Of a stretch of DNA of 64,000 nt, positions 54,846 to 64,000 are shown in pieces. This DNA is from the human T2T-CHM13v2.0 reference genome, Homo sapiens. The notes under the pieces are model-generated. The model ran no database searches, had not been told where the DNA came from, and was given only the letters and a program-made list of their open reading frames with translations. Every line of letters begins with the position of its first letter. The stretch's first letter is position 1. The translations under genes and the position numbers were made by a program. Location of the stretch: the NCBI RefSeq assembly GCF_009914755.1, contig NC_060944.1. One strand, given 5' to 3'.

Positions 54846-55005
54846 CTAGGTTGGTGCAAAAGTAATTGTGGTTTTTGCCATTACTTTCAATGGCAAATTG
54901 TGGTGCAAAAGTAATTGTGGTTTTTGCCATTACTTTCAATGGCAAAAACAGCAATTACTTTTGCACCAACAGCAAAAACAGCAATTACTTTTGCACCAAC
55001 CTTAA
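54846..55005. mobile_element. MADE1 (Hsmar1 MITE), self-nested and doubled to 160 bp
   Basis: TA-[CTAGGTTGGTGCAAAAGTAATTG ... CAATTACTTTTGCACCAACCTTAA]-TA. Identical duplications at 54852-54897/54901-54946 and 54942-54970/54972-55000. Confidence 0.95.
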
Positions 55006-55789
55006 TATTTCCACAGTGTCTTCCCTAAAGTCTCACAGAAGGTTCCCTTTACATTTTACTGGGCAGACATGGATCATATGGCCACTCTAGCAGGAAAGTG
55101 AAGTGGGAATGCCAATATCAGGGTTTTGTTGTTGTTGTTGTTCAGCCTCCTTTGGGGGAAGCAGCAAACGAGAAGGGGGTAAGAATTGGCTGCTGTGTAA
55201 TCAACTCACAATATCTACTCCTGATCTAACTTTCTACCTCACAGAATTTTTGTGAAAATTTGGATTGCCAGTAGCACTCTGAAGGCCACAAGCTTATAAA
55301 ATAATAATCTACTTTTATTATTATTCATGACTTATTAAGAAAAAATCAATATTGGAAGAGAATAATACTTCGCATTTGTTCAACAATGAACTTTCCGAAG
55401 GTGAAAGGAAAAGCAATTACTGTCTGAGCCCAGCCTGAGTCCCAAGTCCATGCCAAGCGCAAGCCTGCAAGACCATTTCCTCCTCCAGGGACTTGCTTCG
55501 ATTGTGCTAAAACAGCTTCTGCCAAGCCAACCAGGATTCCATGCTGCCAAATCCAGTACTCATTTTCCTGATCTTATTTTATTTGAATTCCCTGAGCATT
55601 CAATCCAGTTGGCAGCACCCTCCTTGATACATGATCCTGTCTGGGCTTCTGTATGCTCACAGCCCTGGTTGTTCCTCAGTCTCCTCTGCTGGCTTCTCCC
55701 CATCTACCTGGTTTCTAGATGCCAGCTGACTCAGGACTCACATGTGAGCTCCTCTCCTCCTTCCCACCCCCTATGCTCTTTCTGTCTCA

Positions 55790-55980
55790 GGTTTCTCAAA
55801 CCTTAGCATGCATCACCGTCACAGGGAGGGCTTGTTAACACATAGATTGCTGGGTCTCACTCCCACAGTGTCTGATTTCATCGCTCTAGGGTGAAACCTG
55901 AACACTTGCATTTCTAACAATTTCTAGGTGATGGTGATGATGCTGGTCCTGGGACCACCCCTTGAGAACCTCTCACTGCT
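55790..55980. mobile_element. MER5A hAT MITE (a second MER5-type element lies at about 56005-56180)
   Basis: GTTTCTCAAACCTTAGCATGCATCA...GGAGGGCTTGTTAACACATAGATTGCTGGG...TTGCATTTCTAACAA...GCTGGTCCTGGGACCACCCCTTGAGAACC. Confidence 0.82.
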
Positions 55981-56179
55981 CTATCTCAACCAGTGTTGAG
56001 AGCCTTGTTTCTCAGCCTTGGCTGCAAATTGGAATCACCCGGGGTGCTTTAAAATATGGACACCAGGATCTCATCCCCCAGAGATTCTGATTTTAATGGT
56101 CTGCATTATATCCTGGGTACCTAGAGTTAAAAACCTCCCCCAGGTGACTTCAACATGCAGGTAAAGTTGAAAGCCCCTA

Positions 56180-57200
56180 ATTTAGATACTACTTAACTGC
56201 TAGTAACACCTACATTTATTTCCCTCTCCCAGACTTGTCCTCTGAGTTTTAGCCCAGTATGCCCAATTATTCACTCGATATCTCCACTTACGTGACTCAC
56301 AAGCATCTGAGAGTTAACACACCCAAAGTGGAAGTCTGAATCTTCACTTCCAAATTGCTACTTCTCTATCTTCCCCATCTCAGCAAACAGCAACTCCATC
56401 CATGTGCTGTAGTTTATTGGGGTAAAAACCTTGGAGTTATCTTTGGCTCCTCTCTCCCCTCCATGACCCATATATAATCCTTTGACATAGTCTATCGGTT
56501 CCACCTACAAAACATATCCCTAAATTCTCCTCTCTGCCTGAACTGCTAACACCTACATCAGAATATCATCAACTCTTTCCTGGGTGGTCTCTGCAGCATC
56601 CTCACCTCCCTACTTCTATTCTTTACTCCCTCGCCAATGCATCCTCCAAACAGCAGCCAGAATGGTCTCTTAAAATCATAAACCAGATCATGATACACCC
56701 CGATTTAAAGTCTTGCAAAACTTCCTGTCACCTTGGGCATAAAATCTCAGCTCTTGCTCATGGCCAGTGAGATCCTGTCCTCTTCTCAACCTTGTCTATT
56801 CCGCTCTCTCCCTGGCTTAGATACTCCAAACACACTGGCCTTCCTTCTGTCCCTTAAATACATTCAGTTATTTCTTGCATTTACTATTTCATTAACCTGG
56901 ATTTCTGTTCCCTTTGGACTCTGCTTGGCCAGCTACCTCTCATCTTTCAGGTCTGCTTAAGTGTCACTGCCTTAAAGTGTCTCCCTGACCCGCCTGTTAT
57001 GTTCTATCATAAGACTCTATATTCTTCTTAGCGCCTATCAGAGTTGGTGATCATTTGATTTGTAAATATATTGGTTTATTATTTGTCTCTCTCACTAGAC
57101 TGTGTGCTTTGTGAGGGCAGGAACCATGCCTGTTTTGGTCACGGTTGACACCTCAGTGCCCAGAAGAGTGAATGAGACATAGTAGGTATTCAAAACATAC
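56180..57200 (+). mobile_element. L2 LINE (long 3' portion; upstream part at about 55490-55790)
   Basis: CACTCGATATCTCCACTT...AAAAACCTTGGAGTTATCTTTG...CAGCAGCCAGAATGGTCTCTTAAAA...TGAGGGCAGGAACCATGCCTG...ACATAGTAGGTATTCAA. Confidence 0.85.
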
Positions 57201-58425
57201 TTAGGGAGGGAGAGAAAAGAGGAAGAAAAAGGAGGGAGGAGAAAGGAAGGTCTAGTAATACTCAGAGCCCAGGAATTACACACCAGATACCCCTTGCTTC
57301 TACCCAAGAGGTGGTTCAGATTAGAGATTAGATTTCAAGGCTCCAGCTTGCTAGCTCATAACTGCTTCTACTCAAGACGGTCTATTCATGTAGCAAAGTC
57401 AAAATGTGAACATGCTTTTAAGTTCCTTGACGACAGGAATTGTGGCTTGTTTACTCTTCTACCTGGCATTTGCACAGAGCCTGGGCCTGAATGAAAGTTC
57501 AGTAAATGGTTCATGAATGATTTGAATGGCATTTGCCTGAAGGAAATCTAAGAAAGCCTTGCCTTGGTTTCCCCATTAAATGGGGCAAGCAATTCTTATC
57601 TCCCCTTCCAGAGAGCTGCTGCCAACACAGGGAATCCATCCTGGAAGAAAAGATTGGTGGCCACCTGCACCATCAGGTGGAGGGCATCTCTCAGCTGCCC
57701 TTGCCACATCTGCAGCCCTAAGCTTCCAGGTGACCCCAGTGGACCAGTCTGCCCAGAGCATATCATTAGTTAGGGGCACTCTGCAGGAGGATGCCTGCCT
57801 TTGCTAGTGCATAGCTAATGTCCCAGGGGGCTTCCTCTAATTAAAACCCAAACTGCAATTATAGTTGTGCCAAAGCATGTGCACATGGCGCCACTTAAAA
57901 GGGACAGATTGACAAGGCATTAACAACTCCAGAGGCAGCATTGTCCCAGCACCAGGTGCTACCAATCATCAAAATTAGAACCAAATGAGTCACTGGGGCT
58001 CAAGATACAGTATCCAGTGCAGACTAATGGGTGATTCCAAGAAACTTATGAGGATTATTTAAAACACACTAACTATGCTCCTTCTACAGGGCCTTTGCAC
58101 TTACTAGTCCCTGTACTTCTTCTTGCCTAACTCTATTTGATCTCTCTCAATTATCACCTCTTCTGAGACACCTGCTTTGATCACATGAATCTCTACCCTG
58201 CTTTATTTTTCTTCTTAGTGTTTATTATCATCTGATATTATATATTTGTTTTGCGATTGATAGCCCAAAATATGTTTTAATATTGTATAAATGTAAAACA
58301 TATATAAATACACAAAATTTTATAATTTTCTGCAATACATATGTATCAAGAAGATACAGCATACACACTAAGGAGGGTGTCTTCTTGGGGTTGGGGGTGG
58401 TGAGGCAGGGGAATAGAAAGACTGA

Positions 58426-58890
<465 letters not shown>

Positions 58891-58919
58891 ACTCTGGGAT
58901 AATTTTATTTTGGTTTTTA

Positions 58920-60300
58920 GAAATAACTTTATTGAATATTTTAGTACCAGTAATCTTGCGATAAATTTCAGCCCTGGTTTGGTTGTTGTTGTTGTTGTTT
59001 TTGGTCTAAAGCCATCCTGATTTTGCCTTTATTTTTGAAGAGTATTTTTACTAGATATAGAATTCTAAGTTGTCAATTATGTATATTTTTTCAGCACTTT
59101 ATAAATGTTATTTCATTGTCTTCTGGCTTTCATCATTTCTGTTGAAAAGTCTACCATCAGTCTTATTGTTGCTCTTCTGTAGGTAATGTCATTTACCTCT
59201 GACTACTTTTAAGATTTTTCTCTTTATTTTTGTTTTTCAGCAGTCTTACTATGATGTTCCTATGTATAATTTTCTTAGTATTTACCCTGCTTGGGATTGT
59301 CAGAGCTTCTTGAGTCTGTGGGTTGATATCTTTTATCAGTTTTGAAAAAATTCTTAGCTCTTATTTCTGCAAATATTGTTAATTTTGTATTCTTATCCTC
59401 ACCTTCTAGGACTCCAAATAAATGTATATTTTTTTTACTAGGTCCCACATATCTATGACACATTCGTGTATTTTCTATTATTTTTCTATGTATACTTTAG
59501 TTTGGACACTTTTCATTTTTTTAAGTGTGCTAATCCTATCTTCCACTGTATCAAATCTCTGTTAATCCCATCTGATGAATTTTTGATTTCAGATATTATA
59601 TTTTCTCATTCTAGAGGTATCATTTTTTCTTTTTTATAGACGCTAATTTTCTGATGAAATTCTCCATCTTTTCAAATATTTTGTGCATATTTTTCTGTTT
59701 TTTAACATATTAATCTTAGCATGTCAAAGTCATTATCATATACCTGTTTCTATTGTCTATTTTATTCTGTTTGTTTTCAGATATGTCCTAGCTTTGGCAT
59801 AACTAATAATGTTAATAGAATGCCACTTATTATACATAATGTAGAGACTCCAGATGATATATTCTTCTAGAGAAGATTTACCCTCTGCTAGGCACAGAGT
59901 GGGGCTTATCATCATAAACCAGTCAGGGATTGTACTGAGTCAAGACTGTAAGGTAACCCCAGGAAGGTCAGTTTCCCTGTGCTTCAGTCAGTCATACACT
60001 GAACACCTCTTCTCAGAGGCTTTATGCCAAGGTTTATAGCCTCCTGCACCAGGTATCCCAGAATCCAGCAAGTGTCTTGAGGGATTAATGAGCCCTCAAG
60101 TCTGCCAAAGGCTCTGCTGGTTTCTTCCACACTAGTCCAGTGCTGCATAAAACTTGGATTCTCAGCATTCTGCTTTTGCCTAGAATTGGAAAATGGTCTG
60201 GGGTAAAGAAGCTATATAATTCAGCTTACTCCCCTGCTGTTCATTCCTTTCCAGAATTTTAGCAAGTAGTATATTTTTTTCCAATCCTATGATATCTGAC
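58920..60300 (-). mobile_element. Old L1 (L1ME-type), ORF1/5' region
   Basis: ORF 59275-59463 (NIHLFGVLEGEDK...IFAEIRAKNF) resembles the L1 ORF1 RRM region (NIRIIGVPEGEE...IFEEIMAENF). Confidence 0.8.
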
Positions 60301-61044
60301 AATGCTACTATATTTCTCTAGTCAATTTACTCTTCCATTTCCTGGGCAACCATTTCACTTTCTCTTATTTCTTCACATCTTTGACACCTCCTTTCTCTCC
60401 TCACTTCTAACTGACGGCTTACAAATGAAAGCAAGTGGAATGACAATAACTTTTTATAAAAACTTCTACACTAGTCCATCAACACGTCTCTCTAATACTT
60501 CTCCCTCCCTCTCTTTCTCTCTCTCCCTTTCTCTCTCTCCATGTGTCTGCTGGATCCCATCATTCTCATCTAATCAAGGACTTTGCTCCTATAATCATCC
60601 CTCCATGAATCATTTTCCTCTCTCTGCTAAATTATTCCCATAAGTGGACAAATATACCATTAGTCTCCCATCTTCTAAAAAGTATATACCCTCCCTTGTC
60701 TCAATATCTCTGTGCAGCTACCCCCACATTTTGTTTCTTCCCATTTGAAGCAAAACTCCTCAAAAATTGTATATATTCACTATCTTCATTTTCTTTCCTT
60801 CTATGCCAAACAGGTTTTCCTCCTTCAAAGCTACTCTCATCAGGGTCACCAAATACCTCTGCATTGCCAAATCCAGAGGTCAGTTCACAGACCTCGCCTT
60901 ACCTGATTGCTCAGAAGCATTTGACACTGTTCTCTTTGCTGGTTCTTCCTCATGTTCTCGACATCTGAGTGTTGGAGACCCCCAAAATCAGTCCTAGGAC
61001 TCTTTCTTTTCCTTCTATATATTCCTTTTACGTGCTTTCCTTAT

Positions 61045-61423
61045 TCTCTTTGTATATAATTTAATACCTCTACTGGGTAATTTACAAAGAAAACAAACTT
61101 ATTTCTCACAGTTCTAGAAGCTGGTAAGTCCAAGATCAAGGCAGCAGCATGTTCAGACGTGTGGTGAGGGCTGCCCTCTGCTTCCTAGATGGTGCCTTGA
61201 TGCTGTTGTCCTCCAGAGGAGAGGAAATCCGTAAATTCACATAGTGGAAGATACGGAATTATGAAAAAGGAACAAACTCCCTCCATCAAGCTCTTTTATC
61301 AGTACCTTGATCCATTCTGCCCTCATGGCTTAAACACCTTTCAAAAGGCCCCACTTCAACACTGTTGCATTGGCAATTAAGTTTCCAACACACACATTTT
61401 GGGGAACACATTCAGACCATAGC
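61045..61423 (-). mobile_element. MST (MSTD-like) MaLR solo LTR
   Basis: CTGGGTAATTTACAAAGAAAA...TTATTTCTCACAGTTCTAGAAGCTGGTAAGTCCAAGATCAAGG...TTTTGGGGAACACATTCAGACCATAGCA. Confidence 0.85.
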
Positions 61424-62951
61424 AACCCTTTTGTTCAGTCTCATGATTTTAAATATCATTTATATTTTATGACTCTCAAATGATTCTAGCCAGAAATTAT
61501 CTCATGAGCTCTAGACTCTCTCTACATACCCACATTAACAGCAACGAAAGCACATTTAATCAATTTAACCCAAGGAAGTAATACGATGAGCTCAGGTAAT
61601 ACAGACTGAGACTTCATCCAAGATCACAAGGATGGTATGTGCTAGACTCCAAAGAGATGCCCAAGATTTTGTAAATACCCTTCCCTTCCACAAGAATAGA
61701 GTTGTTATTTGGTGTGATTTCTCAGGGAGTTGGGGAGATCTCTTATCAAACTCCCAAATTGCTCTCCAATCTGCTCAAGTTTTCTGAAATGTTGTTGTTT
61801 CTGGGTCATAGCATATGCACATACTTACTTTGGTTAAGTTCAGCCAAATTATTTCTCCAGAATGGCTGTTCCAGTCTACATTCTTTCCAGCCATGCCTGT
61901 GGGCTCTTATCTCCACATCTTTGCCAGGTATTACTAGCCTTTTAGTTTTTGCCTGGTTAATAAATGTAAAGTGCTAATTCTCTGATGTTTTATTTATCAT
62001 ATTACTAATTAATTTGAGCATCTCTCACTTACTTGTTGGCTTGTTTCTTTTTCCATAAATTGGTATCCATTTCTCTTGCCAGTTTTTTATTATGGAGTAT
62101 ATATATATTGCCAATTTAAAGGACTTCTTTGAATATTCTAGTGATTTGTCCCCTGTCAATTTTAGAAATTGCAAACATCTCCTAATTTGTCATTAGTCTA
62201 TTATCTTTGTCTTTATGTCTGTCATTTAAGAGAAATCATTTTCCTGTAAATGTTTTAAAACTTTTTATTGTAAAATAAAACACATTAAAAATCTCACACG
62301 GCAAATGTTTAACTTAGTAAATTATTATAAACTGAACCCTTTAAAGTATTACTCAAGTCAAGAATATAACTTTGCCGGCCATTCAGAAGCCCCTCCGTAT
62401 GTTCTATCCCAATTATAGCTCCCTCTCCCCTCCAAAAGCAATATTACCCTGACTTTCATATCAATCACTTTCTTGCTTCTTTTATCATCCAAGTGTGCAC
62501 CCCCAGACACTATGGTTTAGTCTTGCCATTTAAAAAAATGTTTATATGTATTTTGAGTCTCTTTTAATCTACAGGCTCCCTTTCCATCTCTTCTCTTTCT
62601 TTAATATTCATCTGTTGAAGAAGCCAGGCCATTTGACCTGTACAGAGTCCCATAGTTTGGAATTTGCTGATTGCAAGTCTTGGTGAAGTTCAAGATTCCT
62701 CTGTCTAACGTCTTTACTGTAAATGGACAGCTGGTCCAGAGGCTTCATCAGGCTCAGACGCTGTGTTATTTTATCATGTGGCACATTCCTATCTGGGTGC
62801 TTCTCTTTGAGAAGGCAGTGACACTTAAAGATTAGATCTATTGATTCATTGCGGATTGGAAAAAGGGGATGTTCTAATTCCATTTTTTTTTCATTTTTTT
62901 TAACTGGAATAATTTTATAAAGAGACACTTTTCTCACTCGCCATTGGTTAT

Positions 62952-63352
62952 TGTTACGAACTGAATTGTATCCCTCCCCAAATTCATTCATTCGTTGAAA
63001 CCTAGCCCCCAATGTCACTGTACTTGGATATAGGGCCGCTAGGGAGGTAGTTGAGGTTAAATGAGGTCAGAAGGGTAGGGTACTAATCCAATAAGACTGG
63101 TACCCTTAGCAAACAAAGAGACTCCAGTGGTCTGTGTCCTTCTCTCCATACCTGCAAAGAGGAAAGGCCATATGAAGACACAATGAGAAGTCAGCCCTCT
63201 GTAAGCCAGGAAGGAAGACTCACCAGAAACCACATTTTGTGGCACCTTGATTTTGGACTTCCCAGCCTCCAGAACTGTGAGAAAATAAATTTCTGTTGTT
63301 TAAGCCACCCATTCGGCGGTATTTTATTTTGGCAGCCCTAGCAAACTAACAC
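62952..63352 (+). mobile_element. MLT1A solo LTR
   Basis: TGTTACGAACTGAATTGTATCCCTCCCCAAATTCA...GGACTTCCCAGCCTCCAGAACTGTGAGAAAATAAATTTCTGTTGTTTAAGCCACCC...GCAGCCCTAGCAAACTAACA. Confidence 0.88.
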
Positions 63353-63837
63353 CATTACCCAAGTGGTATAATTAATACATAAAAGAGAAGATAACTGCTT
63401 GATTCTCTTTATTTACCAGGTTTCGAGTTAATGAATTTGTTCCTGTTATCCTCCAAAGGCTACCATTTAAATTCTTTTGTTATTATTAAATCATGGATTT
63501 AAGTATAGTTTGTGGTTTTCAATCCATTGCATTTTTATTCTAATTGACAATCAAGTTGTTCCATCTTTGAACAGTAGGAAGCTCTTTGGCTTGGCTCCTG
63601 AGGCCTTTTGACTTATCTCCCTTAGTCCTTGAAGCTTCTTTGTATCTTGAATGACAAAATATTCCAGGCTTGTCCTACCTTCATATCCTGCTTTAAACCT
63701 AGAATCAGCCATTTCTTCAAGGAGTCCTGGGTCCTTCTAATGAGAAATTTTATTTCAAGACTATAATATGAATGCTAGAGATGTTCACTGCTCCTGGGCT
63801 GCTCATTAAGTCTAGGCTTCTTGAGTGGGCAAAGCTA

Positions 63838-63852
63838 ATATACATATATGTA

Positions 63853-63888
<36 letters not shown>
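63838..63888. repeat. (TG)n(TA)n microsatellite
   Basis: TATGTGTGTG followed by about 14 TA units. Confidence 0.9.
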
Positions 63889-64000
63889 ACTCATGAATTC
63901 ATACTGGTTCAATGAGTTCAGTTCTAACTTAGAACTCAGATTGTTCACTTAACTTCTTTTACACTATATTTGAATCTTTTTTCTTACGTTCTGAGAATTC

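Larger units (their letters stand above)
61780..64000 (-). mobile_element. Old L1 (L1ME/L1MC) fragments interrupted by an MLT1A
   Basis: T-rich L1 3' sequence (TCCAGAATGGCTGTTCCAGT; TAGAATCAGCCATTTCTTCAAGGAGTCCTGG). Confidence 0.72.

Noticed and set aside
54852-55000. CRISPR-like direct repeats
   Set aside because: The repeats are MADE1 duplications with no unique spacers or cas genes, and the DNA is primate.
54846-55005. Calling the MADE1 hairpin an annotated MIR548 gene
   Set aside because: Many MADE1 copies share these arms. I cannot match the flanks to a specific miRBase locus and have no expression evidence.

Overview
This is primate, most likely human, non-coding DNA (intergenic or deep intronic). 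It is AT-moderate, CpG-depleted and has no CpG island. I find no supportable protein-coding gene, RNA gene or processed pseudogene. The listed ORFs that I could assign are fragments of Alu, L1, L2, MIR or LTR elements, or low-complexity sequence; the rest resemble nothing I recognise. The window is dominated by interspersed repeats: 13 dimeric Alus plus one monomer (many with readable target-site duplications, TSDs), old L1 fragments, one TSD-flanked L1PA-type insertion, many MIR and L2 relics, MaLR/ERVL solo LTRs (MLT1, MST, LTR16-like), and DNA-transposon MITEs (MER58A, Tigger4, MER94, Charlie, MER112, MADE1, MER5). The most unusual structures are: a MADE1 (miR-548-type) palindrome that has copied itself into itself; a cryptic, indel-free 6-bp-periodic telomere-like array at about 3.75-4.0 kb; a cryptic 8-bp-periodic CR1/MIR3-tail-like array at about 31.4-31.9 kb; a (CCAT)n array grown from an L2 tail with a recent 116-bp higher-order duplication; an Alu with a duplicated B-box; and several repeat-free, motif-dense islands that look like enhancers. 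I did not recognise the locus and found no convincing new biological system. Repeat subfamily names are from memory of consensus sequences and boundaries are approximate unless a TSD is quoted.
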